Part shown: positions 24,620 to 38,399 of the stretch, one piece after another
Layout of the letters: every line of letters starts with the position of its first letter
Numbering within the stretch: the stretch's first letter is position 1
Source: Leucoraja ocellata
Lineage: Eukaryota
Reading direction: 5' to 3'
Length of the DNA: 64,000 bases
Assembly: GCA_036785375.1 (NCBI GenBank)
Contig: JAWMAR010000030.1
Span: 7,316,001-7,380,000, forward strand
Position numbers and translations under genes: made by a program
Notes under the pieces: model-generated
The model's database searches: none
The model's input: only the letters and a program-made list of their open reading frames with translations
What the model was told of the DNA's origin: nothing

Positions 24620-26045
24620 GCTTAAGTGACTGGGGGGCTGCAACAGAAAGATTTCACAGGGTTCCTTTGCCTTTGCAACATACATGGATATCTGGGATTT
24701 AAATGCAGAACTGTGATTGTGGACTTAGCCAATGATTCCAAAACAGGTAGTGGGGCTAATAGTGAAGAAGAATATCATAGAGATCATGAAAGTTTAATGG
24801 ATATAAAAGAGGCAAATGTAATTCAGTCAGGATTAGTGTAAAATAATGCCTGGGAATAGGGCAAACAACTAATGGGGTCACAATGAAAAATAGCATATAC
24901 AAAAAATAAGTTGAGAATAACTGGGATTTTGGGAGTGCACGTCAGCAGAAGGTAATAAAGTAGGGATTAGTGATACTTGCCTTAAGTGTTTCAGACAGAC
25001 AGTATAAGAGTAGAAAGGCAATGCTGGAACGGAAAAAAAAATACTTAGGATACAGTTAGGGTATTATGTACAATTCTGGTCCATGGTTCGCCAGTGACCA
25101 CATTGACACTCGCAATAGGGTGAACTCACATGGTTTAGTCCATTAGTGGTAAGCAAGTCCAGGACTCCATGGGGGCACTGCCCCTTGCCATCAGAGTGCA
25201 AGTGCGATGATGTTGGCAATCTCGGGCTTGTCCCAGCAGCTTAGGCCTGGTCTTTGAAGGAGGAAGTTTGGCGATTTCAGGCTTCTACCTGCAGTTCGCC
25301 CCTGCCTCGAGAGGAGCTGCTGATGGTACAGGATTCTTCCTGGCAGCTCAACGTTGGGTTTGGAGAGGCGACACTGGATTATTCCGGCAGCCAGTCTTTG
25401 CCTCTGTGTGTGTGTGTGGGCGCAATCCCTCGTTGTCTGTGGGCAGGTAGAGATTCTGGCAACTCAGGCTTGCCCTAGCCACTCAGTCTTAGCCACAGGT
25501 AGAGGTGATGGCTAATTAGGGCTTCTTTCCTGATGGTCTAATCTGAACTACACAGTGGCACTGGTGGTCTTGAGTCTGTCCCGTGGCTCAGTCTTCCTCG
25601 TATCTGCAACAGGAGAACACAACTGGGAGGGAGGCAGCCCACTTTGTTTCCCTTCCTCCCATCTTCCTTCTCCTTCTTCCACTTTCTCTTCTGCTTCCTC
25701 TCTCATCCTCTCCCTTGTCACAATCTCCCTCTCTGGCTTGAAATCCTGGGTTTGAAAGAGAGTAGCTAAAAAGTGGCCAACCGATAGCCATCATTCTTGG
25801 GATTGGTCTCTCTTGGTCAGTCAGCCTGTTAATGGGATCAGAGCTGCACCCAAGGGAGAGGGCGCTATCACAAAGGGTGCGATAGCTCAAGAGAAGAGTT
25901 CTGAGGAAATGTACTATGGTTTTACCAGGCTGGTATTAAAGAATTATAGTTACATGGGGAGACCAGTCAGGCCAGCATTGTTTACTTTGGAACTGAAGAG
26001 GTTGCGGCCCAGTTTAATTTGAGGTGTTCAAAGTCATGAGAAACT
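24620..26045 (+). mobile_element. Old CR1 RT fragment interrupted by an ~780-bp unclassified insertion (25083-25860)
   Basis: Decayed CR1 coding sequence runs to gtattatgtacaattctggtcc (YCVQFW-like) at ~25082 and resumes after ~25860. Confidence 0.6.
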
Positions 26046-26049
26046 ATTA

Positions 26050-26335
26050 GGCACAGTGGCACAGCTAGTTGACCCACAGCCTTAGCACCAGAGACCAGAT
26101 TCAATCCTGATCTTGCTTGCCATCCATGTGGAATTTGGATGTTCTCTTCTGACTACATGGGGTTTTCTCTGGTGCTTGGATTTTCTCCCACATCTTAATG
26201 ACATGCAAGTTGCGAGATTAATTAGATTAGATTAATGTGTAAGTTAGTGATAGAATCTGTTGTGCAAAATTGTGTGGTTAATGATCGGTATGGTCTCGAT
26301 GAGCTGAAGGATCTGCTCTGTGTGGTATCATTGCT
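26050..26335 (+). mobile_element. Degenerate tRNA-derived V-SINE
   Basis: ggcacagtggcacagctagtt..gattcaatcctga..gtggaatttggatgttctc..tctcccacatc, ending in a CR1-like tail. Confidence 0.75.
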
Positions 26336-26997
26336 CTAAGTTTAAAGGTACGTAAACGACTGAAGTTTTGTCTTCTCTCTCTTTTTCTTTATTTGCATCA
26401 TTTGGTTCCTTCCAAATTCTAACAGAATTTGTCCAGGCACCATGTGGTTTCTTATAGTGAATTCCTCCAAGAGGCTAGTATATGATTGTTTTTACATGCA
26501 TTGAGTTACCCAAGAGATTGAAGAAGTGACAGTGAACAAGTACAATATATACACATATGGACCTCCGAAAGGCACTTCATGAGTAACCAAAGTGCATGAG
26601 TAACCACATCAGAATTAATCAAAAAACTGAAACTTATGTTTTTAAAGAGATAACATGGCCACATAATTGTCTTGAGATAGGAGGCAATGATCATGGTGAT
26701 TTTATTTCTGAATGAAGTAAAATATGCATTGGAGTTTTCCTGGGATTAATAGTAGGACCAATGTTTTTTGTTTATTATTTGTGTTCAGAGAATTTAATTT
26801 CAAAGTTTACAGTTGATATGAATCTTGGTAATGTGAGCCAATATACAGTATGCAAATCAATGTGAAATGGTTCTCTTTGGGAATAACAACCTTGAGGAGC
26901 AGTGTAATTTGGTTTGATTTGAGCATGTGCTCGATCAGAGGACACCAGGGAATCAACGATACAACTCTTTGTGGATGCAGGGCAAGTTGATCAGGGT

Positions 26998-27171
26998 AGA
27001 AACAAGGAACTGCAGATGCTGGTTCACAAACAAGGACGCAAAGTGGAAGGGAATGAAAAAGGACTCAGCGGGTCAGGCAGCATCTCTGGAGAACATGAAT
27101 CTCTGGAGAATCTATCCATGTTCTCCAGAGTTGCTGCCTGACTCGCTGAGTTATTCCAGCACTTTGTACGG
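26998..27171. mobile_element. Penelope-derived fold-back element with 14-bp TSD
   Basis: TSD aagttgatcagggt at 26984-26997 and 27172-27185; internal inverted arms (actcagcgggtcaggcagcatctctggagaacatg / catgttctccagagttgctgcctgactcgctgagt). Confidence 0.85.
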
Positions 27172-27868
27172 AAGTTGATCAGGGTGGTTGGAAAAGTCCA
27201 TGGAATACTTATTTTGCATTGAATGTGAAAACAAAGCAACGCCACACTTTTATACATTGCTTCTTAGGTCATTGCTGAAATACTTGCTGCCAGACTTTAG
27301 GAAGCATGTCAGCTATATGGAGGAAATAAAGAGAATTATCAATGATGAAGTACTTTATCTGTTATCTATTTAGATGTGCCGGGACTGTTCTGCTCACAGC
27401 AGGAGGGAACATGGGTTCCAAATGGCAAAGAGCCGTGGTGCAATAAGGAAGTGAGAATTATTTTTTCTGCCAGTGTGGTGGTTAGCCAAAATGAACAGAT
27501 TAAAAACAATGGCAATGGGAATGGAGGGGATACTTCTTTACAATTAGGGCTTTGAAGATATGGATCCTTTGAGCTAGTCCCATACAAACTTTTAAAAGAA
27601 AAATTGATAGACACTGGAAGTAGATTGATATGCAGCTTTCTTTGGAAAAGGGTGGAAAGTGGGACTAAATTGTTTCTCATATGCGGTGGGGAAATTATGG
27701 GCTAAATGACCTCAGTCAAATTTAGAAACAGACAAACTGTGGAACCATTCAGCATGGTTCTCTCTGCTAATGTTTTCTGCACTTTCAATTTCAAAACCTC
27801 TTTCCATCCATTGAGAGCAGCATGAGGTCGTGTTCCCAGATCTGTAAAACCATTTCCTAATTCAGCGA

Positions 27869-28055
27869 TAGACACAAAATGCTGGAGTAACTCAGCGGGA
27901 CAGGCAGCATCTCTGGAGAGAAGGAATGAATGGGTGACGTTTCAGGTTAAGACCCTTCTTCAGACTTCATACATCAGAGATGCTGCCTGTCCCGCAGAGT
28001 TACTGAGCATTTTGAGCTTTGGTTTAAACCAGCATCTGCAGTTCCTTCATACACA
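27869..28055. mobile_element. Penelope-derived fold-back element with 14-bp TSD
   Basis: TSD tcctaattcagcga (27855-27868) / tcctaattcagtga (28056-28069); inverted arms. Confidence 0.85.
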
Positions 28056-29814
28056 TCCTAATTCAGTGACTACTCTTGGTCAAGTGACTAATATTTCACC
28101 AATTACCATCTGGGCAGGCAGCACATGCATAGTTATAACATAGGAAATACATATATCTTGTATATGGAAATAGGAGAAGACTGTATAGGCACTCAATTCT
28201 GACATTAAATATCATTCAACCACTTTTTTTGCCCAAATCAATATCCCTTGATCTCTTTGAAAATTGCATTCTGAATATTAACTAATAATTACTCTATGTG
28301 TAGCTGTACGCATCTATGATGGATGTTTTTACTCTTCATTACACCAGAGATGTTCAATCATTTAGAAATTGGCGATCTACCCTGTGGAGGTGTCCAGGGA
28401 ACAGGCTAAGGCTATTTCTGTTGGTATTTTCATTTAACATGCATGTGGAGTAAGCCGGTGTATTATAAATGTAGCCTAAGGTACATGTTCTATCTCCCTT
28501 GTTCCTCTACTTCTCCGTCTCAGACCTGGGTAGCCTGTTGTAAGTTATTTTCCAAGTAGAAAATGTCCAGAAAGAACTGCAGATGCTGGTTAAAATCAAA
28601 GATAGACACAAAATGCTGGAGTAACTCAGCAGGTGAGGCAACATCTCTGGAGAGACGTTTCGGGTCGAGACCCTTCTTCAGACCAGAATGGGGTACTCAA
28701 TTTTCTGACCCAAGAGCAATCCCTTGCCATAGCACTAAGTTCAGCATGGAACCACCAGATCCCAACCTTTCCACCACATTTTGACATTCTGCTGGTGCAG
28801 TTCATTCTACCCTGAAAATGAATGAAACACTGGATTGTGGAAAGAATGTGGAGCCACTGTTTTCTGAAGAAAGGATCCTGCTTTCAGGAATGTTTTCATA
28901 TTTCCCTTGACCTCTTTGAGCAAAACTAGGTAATATAATGTGAAGCCCTGTTTTGGGTGTCTACATTTGTATGAGCAACCAGAATTAGATCCGGGAATGG
29001 AGTGTGGAAACACATCAATATGGTAAACATTGCTAAATGCCAGTTGTTAGTTGACTGGTACATTTCTGTTACAAGGTATTAAGGATTGTCAAATATGAGG
29101 CTGTTGTCACAAGCCAGTCCTACTCTCACTGATTATCGGAAAGGTCTGAGAGGGTGAATGGCCTTCAGATCCAATGTGCACCTTGAAGGAGGTGCAGGTA
29201 GTTGCTAGAGATCATTCCAAGAAAATTGGTAGAGTGAAGGTGGTGGTAGTAGCGATGACGGCTTGGGTAAAAGACATTATGTGTGGAGAAAGTACTTGTG
29301 TCACAAGTCTTGTTGCTTCGAACAGTTGCCCAAATTGCACTGTCTTCTGCGACAAAGACCAGCTGGCCAATAACCAGTCCACTCTTCAACTAGAAGATGA
29401 TTAACAAATACAGGCTCAGAGTGAGCAGAGCTAATTTTGTAGCCACCAATGAATGTAGTGTAATAAGGACATGAAAGAACAGTTTTGCATGTAACCGTCG
29501 AAAAGATGATGAGAGTTTCAAAATTATACTGCCAGAAGTCTCTAATATCTGTGTGACCTGATCAGTATTCTTAAATTAGACTGTTGCCCTGTGACTTGAT
29601 ATAGCTGTGTCACTGGATATGGTGGCTTAGTTTTGAAATCCATCCACATTCTTCCAGTAGAGCTGCCTCACTTAAAGGACTTCAGACTCCTTGGAAAATA
29701 AAATAAATATCAAATGCATTTCTGCAAAAATGGCGCCATAGTGGGAAGTAGTGGTAGTACAGAATTAAATAAATGGATGACAATCCAATGGTTTACATTA
29801 ATAATCCAGAGAAA

Positions 29815-30065
29815 AAAAGACACAATGTGCTGATTCAACGGGACAGGCAATATCTCTGGAGAACATGGATAGGTGACATTTTGGGTTGGGATCCTTCTTC
29901 AGACAGCATTATTTATTCCTGCCTCTAATTTCCGTGTCTGAAGAAAAGCCCCAACCCAAAACACCACCTATCAATGTTCTCCAGAGATGCTGTCTGACCC
30001 GCTGAGTTATTCCAATACTTTGTGTCTTTTTTCGTAAACCGGCATCTGAAGTTCCTTATGTCTAC
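29815..30065. mobile_element. Penelope-derived inverted pair
   Basis: Minus-strand arm ending ccttcttcagac (~29904) and plus-strand arm starting gtctgaagaa (~29936). Confidence 0.8.
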
Positions 30066-30149
30066 ATTTTATTGCTCTAATGCAAACAATGTGTGCCCAC
30101 TTTGAAGAAGTTCTCATTTGTTTGAAGAAGGGGCCTCTTCTATCCTTAT

Positions 30150-30920
30150 TTCATACTTTTGATGTTTTCATCGCTGGCCTTTATCCAACCAACTGTCAAT
30201 CGAAACCGCCCTCACCTATAGCCATCTATCACATGTAGGAAAGAACTGCAGATACTGGTTTAAATCAAAGGTAGACACAAAATGCTGGAGTAACTCAGGC
30301 AGGACAGGCAGCATCTCTGGAGAGAAGTCTGAAGAAGGGTCTCGATCTGAAATGTCACCTATTCCTTCTCTCCAGAGATGGAATACTTACTCCAGCATTT
30401 TGTGTCTACCTTCCATCTATCACTTGCCAGGCCGTGTCCTGCCCCCATCTCTCTTCCAGCTTTCTTCCCCCTACGACAATCAGTCTAAAGGCCCAGATTG
30501 AGTGGATGTAGAAAGAATGTTTCCAGTAATGGGAGAGTCTAGAACCAGAGGGCACAGACTCAGAATAAAAAGACATACCTTTAGAATGGAGATGAAAGGC
30601 ATTTATTTAGCCGAAGGCTGGTGATTTGTGGAATTCATTGTCAGAAATGGCTGTGGACACCTAGAGATTTAAAGCAGAGATTGATAGGTTCTTGATTAGT
30701 AAGGGTATCAAAGGTTATTGGAAAAGGCAGGAGAATGTTGAGAGGGAAAAATAAATGAACTATGACTGAATAGCAGACTAGACTCGATGGGCCGAATGGC
30801 TTAATTCTGTTCCAATGTCTTTTGGTTGAAGAAGAGTTTTGTCCTGAAACATCACCTATCCACATTCTCCAGAGATGCTGCCTGACCTACTGAATCACTC
30901 CAGCACTTAGTGTCTTTTTG
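30150..30920. mobile_element. Nested cluster: Penelope-derived element interrupted by a fold-back copy (30233-30412) and a CR1 3' fragment (~30490-30820)
   Basis: TSD ccatctatcac at 30222-30232 and 30413-30423; CR1 tail gactcgatgggccgaatggcttaattctg; the pLTR resumes at ~30827. Confidence 0.8.
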
Positions 30921-32328
30921 TCATTAAAGTCAAGCCAGGAGATCAGCCTGGGTTCAGTAAAGAGAGTGGAAGGGTATGGCAGATATAGCACTAGGCATAC
31001 CATAGCGAATTGCCAACATGGCAAAGTTGCAACATGAATACCAAAAATATGGTCCAGTTGTCTTGTAAATAACAGCCAAACTCAACTCTCTGCAATCCTG
31101 CCTCTGTAAATGGTGTAAACCACTAACATTTAGCCATGGGAAACATTAATCAAAGGAAATTGCTCCATCATTTGGAGCCATACTTCTCCAGGAAGATGGC
31201 TTTAGTTGCTGTAAGATAATCATCACAGTCTCATGATTCCAATAAGATTGTACCCTCGGCACAATTATTTTCAGATGCTTCATTAGGAATGACCATCTCC
31301 AACGTGGGACAATCTAACCGCAACTTTGAAATCCAGTGACATTGCTATCACAGTTCTTCAGGATCAACAGCCTAGGGAATCACCATTTACTAGAAATTCA
31401 GCGAGACCACTCACATAAATGAAAAACAGATCTAAGGTTAAATGTCCTGTAGTGAATGAATCACATCCTGACTCCCAAAACCTTTCCGCCATCTGCAAAA
31501 CACAAGTCAGGAACATTGTGGAATATTTACAGATGAGGGTTGCTTAATCAACACCTGAGGAGCTCAATATTATCTCAGACAAAACAGGGTGTTGGATTGA
31601 CATATTATTATATAATCATTCCCTCCTTCCACCGCTGCCACCATTTTCAAAATGCAATGTAATTACTCAATTTGGTTACTTTGAACAGCATCTTATAAAT
31701 CTAATACCTCATCACCAATAATGACAAGGAACGTATTTACATAGCTATGTACAATATCGATACGTTCCCTTCCAAATGATAAACTGTTCTCATGGAAATA
31801 TTTTGTATGTTTTTCATTGCTACTGAAGTTTAAATGTTTCAATTCCATATTAAATGGTACTGTGGAAGTACTTTCATGATACAGCACATCAAGGTGATCC
31901 ACCATCTTGACTTAAGGGCAATTAGTGAAGGACAATAAGTGCTGACATTGTGTTAGCAATGGCCACTTTCAATGAATGGAGATATTAGAATCGTGGGGCA
32001 TCTGATTTTTTAATATGTTACATTTGTAAATGATGTACTTTTAAATCACTTTGCACCTATTTACCTTGAAGCTGCAATACAGGTGCTTCCTATTTGCTCC
32101 ATTGTATCCGTATAAGAACTTTATGCTCCAAATGAGCATCCTTTCACATTCATCCTGTTAATATTTCTGTTCATTATTTTTCTTGCCTGTTATTGTTGCT
32201 GACTTGTTTCCATTTCAAATGAGGACAGAATGTTATTATTCCTAAAGGATGAAAGAAAGATCAGGAGTCAATTTAAAATATTGTCCGATGTAATAATTAA
32301 ACTCAAACATGTTTAAAATCCCTTGCAG

Positions 32329-32560
32329 AACTGCAATGCCCTATGGAGGGTTTGATAAGGCAGCGAAACTGATGACGTTTCAGCTCCCAGAATTTGAGGC
32401 AGCTCTTCCAGAACTCGAGCCCATGGTTGTGTTCCACCAAGATATCAGCACTCGACCTAATTTTAACAGGACCCCTCTGGGCTGGACTCCAACAAGCACA
32501 GAGAATTTGGTTAACCTTGGAATAGATCTCGAGTTTAACGCTGAAACTGATGACTTGTAG
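32329..32560 (+). CDS. MYOZ1: MYOZ1 coding exon 5 (last)
   Basis: cccttgcag| (R)TAMPYGGFDKA...RPNFNRTPLGW...ETDDL*, ending in the calsarcin E[ST][DE][DE]L PDZ-binding motif. The spliced CDS is 76+170+253+190+232 = 921 nt, 306 aa plus stop. Confidence 0.96.
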
Positions 32561-32807
32561 AGGCCTTGGAAAAGTGCCTTGAAGCCATCTGTTTCAAGCA
32601 CTCAGTTGGTGAGTGCTCAGGAGCACTTGGAAAATATTGGATTAGAAGTGACACTTGGCTATAATCATCACCGCATAAAATGTGTATTCTTTAAAAGCTG
32701 GTTGCTTCGCCCCCCCATACATTATCAACACATTTTGTAAACTATACTGTACACTGATCTAGAACAACTTTTTGGGTTCCTGTGACACATGGGATCCACA
32801 TTATTTA

Positions 32808-32893
32808 AATAAAATCAAATATGGTGGATATACATTTATGCCTTACAGATGCCTCTATTTACTGTTGGGCAAATATTTTCTAAATGAAATAAA
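32808..32893 (+). terminator. Two AATAAA polyadenylation signals for MYOZ1 (32808-32813, 32888-32893)
   Basis: Canonical hexamers about 250 and 330 nt after the stop, with U-rich sequence downstream of the second. Confidence 0.7.
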
Positions 32894-33069
32894 ATGTTCA
32901 CAAAATCAGTCTATTATTTTTCTGTACAAATTCACTCAGGCTGTTTGAAGAACAGTTATAGGTTGTGATACTTTACATTGGAAGCAATTTTCCCAGTTTA
33001 TGGCTAGACCAATACTAGATCCTACCTTCTAGAAGAAAAATCACTGGCATGCCAGGTGTCGCTATTCTA

Positions 33070-34070
33070 TTTGCATAGTTGGAAAACTTACAACCCAACA
33101 GAATGAACATTGAATTCTCAAATTGTTGGTACCTACCCAACAGCCCCCCCCCCCCCCCACCCCTTTTCTCCCCCTTCCCCTCACTTCCCTGTGTCCCACC
33201 TAGATTCACACACATTTCTCCCCTCTCCGTCTCATTCCACCTGCAGTCGATCCTGTGGCTTCACAATTTACAACTCTTCAATCCTTATCTCGCACCTTTT
33301 GCATTTTCATCCATGACCTTTCTCCAACCATCTGCCTATCACAACCTCCTCACCTGTATCTCTTCTAACTTGCATCCCTCCCCACTAATGGGTAAGCCAT
33401 TTAGAATGGAGACAAGGAAACACTTTTTCACACAGTTGTGAGTCTGTGGAATTCTCTGCCAGAGGGCGGTGGAGGCCGGATCTCTGGATACTTTCAAGAG
33501 AAAGCTAAATTGGGCGAAGGCAGAAACAGGGTACTGATTGTGGATGATCAGCCACGATCACATTGAATGGCAGTGCTGGCTCAAAGGGCGGAATGGCCTA
33601 CTCCTGCATCTATTGTTTATTGTCTGTCTATAGTCTATAGTCCTGACCCAAAGCATCACCTTTCTATGTCACGCTAAAGTCTCAGCCTCAGACTGTTCCA
33701 GTATGGTTTTGCGCTATCACCCGCAACAAGTTCTCTGCAACTATGAAAAAATACAAAATATAACACGAAAGTGACCCTTTGTCTGTGTCACAGTCTGTGC
33801 TGAAAATGATGCAAACCACATCTAATCTATCTGCATGTGATCCATATCCCACCATTCCCTGTGTATTCACGTGTCCATCCAAGTCTCTCAACCACCAGTA
33901 TCATATCTGCTTTAACTACCATTCCCAGCAGCGCATTCCAGGCACTCACCACTGTCCCCGTGTAAAAAAAAAAACTTGCCGAGCACGCCTCCTTTAAACT
34001 TTGCCTCTCTCACCATTAAGCTAGCATTTGATATTTCCACCCTGAGAAAAAAAGGTTCTGACTGTCTACG
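33070..34070. mobile_element. Cluster of a Penelope 3' fragment (+), a CR1 3' end (+, ~33388-33630) and a CR1-tail fragment (-)
   Basis: LQPNRMNIEFSN (GIY-YIG end); RMETRKHFFTQ plus CR1 tail; minus-strand tail remnants. Confidence 0.75.
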
Positions 34071-35099
34071 CAAAATGTGCATTAATTTTATACAGTATAC
34101 ATTTTATACACTCAAATCACTACCAAAAGTTAATAGCTGTGGACAGAAAAATGGTCATCAATGAATAAGCTTCAAGAGCCAGAAAAAATATGATAAATAG
34201 TTAATGTGAATAGGCAGTGTGTTGTAACTGCACAGTTAAATTAAATGGTTAATCTCTCAAAACATTCACTCGCTGTAAATTGGTTCTACTGAGCATGTCA
34301 TGGGAAGGACCATTTCCATTGTGCAGAACTCAATGAACCTCAACTCTGTTGGTAAGTGAAATTAAAATGAGACCAAGGGAAGAGAGCCAAGGAAATTCAA
34401 CAGACATTAGAATATCCCATAGGATGCAGAGATGTTGAAGAGAGCTGGTGCTGATAAATCCCACATAGATCAGTGGTCCATAAACGGGGGACCTAACTTC
34501 AAATACTGACATAAAGGTCCATGTGATACATGTAGGTGCTTAAACCAGTTAATTCATGGTTCAATTTGATATTTGCACATTCTATTTAGTTAACCTCAAG
34601 AGTCAGTCATTTGTTCTTAAAAAATGATTCTCCAACAATAAAAGAAACGTATTGTGTTGAAGGAATCAGTTGTCAAGGTAACACTGTTGCAACACAGAAA
34701 TGTTGGACTTGCACAATTCAAACATTAACAAACAAGAGCTAAAATGGATACTGCCTGACCTTCAAGTCATTCCCACATTCCAATGAAAATAGCTACGAGC
34801 TTAGGTTTCAAGGCACTGTTAAAAAATATATAGAAGGAATTTTAACCAGAAAAGCTGTAATTTTGGCTGAGGGAATCTTTAAAAATAAGCAATGGAATTG
34901 ACTGCATAGTAAACACTCCAGCCCTTATACACATCCATAATATACCAGCTTAATACCAGCCATCCCACCCACACTTTACTGATCAGTCTGTTATAAGCCT
35001 GCCTATCATACACCTCTTGCATTACACCAGATCACTCAAGACCCATTTGTTACATATCCCTATTATGGATGGTGGTGGCTTGTTATAGATGGCGATAGT

Positions 35100-35585
35100 A
35101 TGGTTGTGCAGTCTCATGTCTTGTGGGATTGAGTGTGGCTCATGAGACCGCTGTGCGAGCCACATACGTTTGAGCAGTGGGGGCACAGGAAGGCTGCTGT
35201 TGGAGGATTTAGGCCTGCAGCCTTCCTCCTGCCACTGGCACGAACGAGTCAGCTTTGACGATTGTCTTCAAAACTGCTGACCTTCCTAGTGGTTGTACGC
35301 TAGCCAGTCCTGTCACTGGCACAGGATTTCAGTTATTTTGGGGGCTTTGCCTGCATGCTGGAGGTGGTCCTTGATGCAGTCTTTGAACCGTTTTATTGGG
35401 CGTCCTGGGTTCCTTTGACCCCGTGACAGAACTCTGTACAGGAGTTGACAAGACATGTGAGATTCATCCATCCGGATCACATGGCCTGTCCCATCGAAGC
35501 TAGGCCTTTATGATCATTGCTTCGATGCTTGTGAAGCCAGGCCGGTCCACCACTTCCTCGTAGATAACCCTGTGTTGCCAAACTG
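35100..35585 (-). mobile_element. RTE-clade LINE 3' fragment
   Basis: Minus-strand translation shows SIEAMII..LRW.GHVIRMDESH..QLLY..RNPGRPIKRFKDCIK and a terminal CPHC..C.SHSGLMSH Zn-knuckle-like end. Confidence 0.85.
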
Positions 35586-38399
35586 TGACATGGGTGGCCA
35601 AATTTGAAAGATATTAAATTATAACAAAATACCACAGCCTTAAAAATGGGCCTACATATGATCCTTTTGAGCTAATTTGTGATCAAAATCGACCAGAATT
35701 TGACCAAACTAATACTTTCAAAATTTGAAAAATAAACGAGAAAAAAGCATTATTTATAAATTTACATTTTCTTTTAATATACATAAATGAAGAAGAATAT
35801 AGTAACCTTTCATCAAATTCGATGTTAATTTACTCAAATTTTGCCCGTAACCAAAAGCATCTGTGTAGACAGGAGCATACTTTCGACGAGAGATGGCATT
35901 ATCTGGGACCAGATCACTTTCGATTCCCTTCGCTACATTGCACACACTTTACAACAACATAGCAACAAGCAATGAAAGTTTAACGGAATTTAAACATTTA
36001 TATAGTAAACAAGACGTAACATTTACTAGAAAAGAACGAAGTGCATAAGTGCAAAAAGATTTTTACTAACCAATGATTCCAAGCAAAAAAAAAGTGAACA
36101 CAGTGTTATTCAGAGCACAGTGTGCTCACTACGTCTCTTCTAAGCTCCCTTACAAAATGTCGGCACGTAACCCACCACGAGGCCCGTAGTTCAGGTCAGG
36201 GTTATTCCAATAAGGCCTTGGGTTTAACCAGATATGTTTTCAGGGAAATCACGTTCTCTCTCATCTCTTCATTGTTCCGCTAGGTTTGTTTCCAGCCCTA
36301 ATCTGTCTCACAGTTTAATTGCCGCAGGCAGATCTTCTGAACAATTCCCAATTCAGAATTCCATGATCAATCAATTTTAAACAACCAAATCCTTCAGATT
36401 AATTTTATGATCAGCCTCTGTCTTGATATTCCCTTCCCATTTTCAGAGGGCTTCACAGACCATTAACAACTCCTTTTTATGGCCAAGTCAAAACTTCTGT
36501 TAAGGCTGAAAACATTGTCGATTTTTCTATTTCATGATGGTTGATTTAACCTCAGACTTGTACACTGAGCAGTTCATTTGGCCTTTTCATTAAAACTGAT
36601 CCCAAACTTCTATTTCTAAAAATGCTGTCTAACCTATTGAGTGTCTCCAGCGCTTTCTGGCCTTATCGCTGGCACTCATGCACTGAATAGATGGAAAAGA
36701 TGGAATTTTCACTTAAACTGGTAAGTACAACCTTTTGAAGCATTTGTCGGCTGATGTTTGGAATGTTTGGTCCAGTGTTTTCTCGTGTCGTTGCTATTTC
36801 GATTGGAACAGCAGGGGGAGCTATTGATGGCTAATGGGCATTATTCACATTACAAAACCTGTTGGGTTGCAAATAATAAATTGACAATGCTTAGGAAACT
36901 TACACTTAAAAAAAGACATAACTAATTAGCTGCTAACACGACCTGCAAAATCTGGTCTTTTGGAAAGTTTGGAACTGAATTGTATTGGGCCTGACACTGC
37001 TACATATTATTTCCTCGGATTATTCAGTGGGATAAGGCAGCACGTTACAATAATGAAAATTTCCTCTCGTAACCAAATAGCATATATTAATTAACTGTGT
37101 TCCAAAAATTACTATTACTCTCCCAATATTATTTGGAATTCACTCTGTTACTGATTTATTAGAGACTTTAAAAAAAAGAGGACAAACGTAGACAAAAAAA
37201 TCCAGCTGCTAAAGGCTTCCAAAGTTAGGCAGGGAGTCTGTGTTCATTCCTAGTATTTTCACCAAATAATAAAGGCTGAAGCATCTGTATGCAAACAACA
37301 TTTATGCTCTATGAAACACTGGCACCGATCTTCCATCATTATTTTCATTCTTCTTTGACAGTCTGAACATATGACATGATGTATGAGTAGAATTAAGCCA
37401 TTCGGCCCATCGAGTCTACTCTGCCATTTGATCATGGCTGATCTATTTTTCCTTCTCAACACCATTCTCCTCATAATCTTTGACACTCTTACGAATCAAG
37501 AACCTATCAATCTCTGCTCTAAAAATAGCCAATGTATTAGCGTCCACGACCATCACAAGGTCGCTCAGCATTTGTAGCTGAGCTAAAGGGCTGCAATATT
37601 GTGCATTAGTACTTGGTCTAGCACCAAATCATTATTGATTAATCCACTGAAGTAAAGAACAGAATGGGCTTTGTACACAATATCTGCAAAGCAATGGTAC
37701 TCTACTAATATGCCACACTTTGACATCATGCCCTCTGTAAAAAAAAAGGTTCATGGTGAGACCCTGAAAATGAGGTACATTTCCCTTTCCTTGAGAGCCA
37801 CTTTTCAATGAAGGCAGTGGTGAATTTCATCATGTCTCCTTTACTGAAAGGTAGCATAGGAAGTGATTCTATATTATCAGGCACTAGCTGCCCCATCTGG
37901 GGTAAAGACTGCTGATCTCACATTGATCTCATCAGTTACCTTAGAATCCATTGTGAAACAAGTCACCCATGACCTTGAAAAAATGCCTAAGATGACCCAA
38001 AATCCTGCTGTGATTGGAAATAGTGATCACTGACATACAATTGCTTTCAGCCTCTTGCCTATAACACTTGCACTAAATCAAGCTGTATTCACAGCCTCTC
38101 CTCGGTCTATATCCCAGGCAAAAGAATACCTCCCGCAAAACTGCAGTCTCTTGTGGAGCATTCCCCCATGTCTCAAGAAGCCAAGCTTGGCAGCATTTGT
38201 GTCTCAAATTATCACATTATATGGTGAATCTAATTTCTCCTACACCCTAGATGCTATTCAGAGAAATATATTCGCTGAAAAAACACCCAGCCAGAGAAGA
38301 TATTTAGAGTTGATTAAATACTTGGTTAAAGAGGAGGAGTGTTAAAAAAGCTGTTAAAAGTTTCAGAGCAGTGGAGAGGTAAACTAGTCTGAGGACAGG

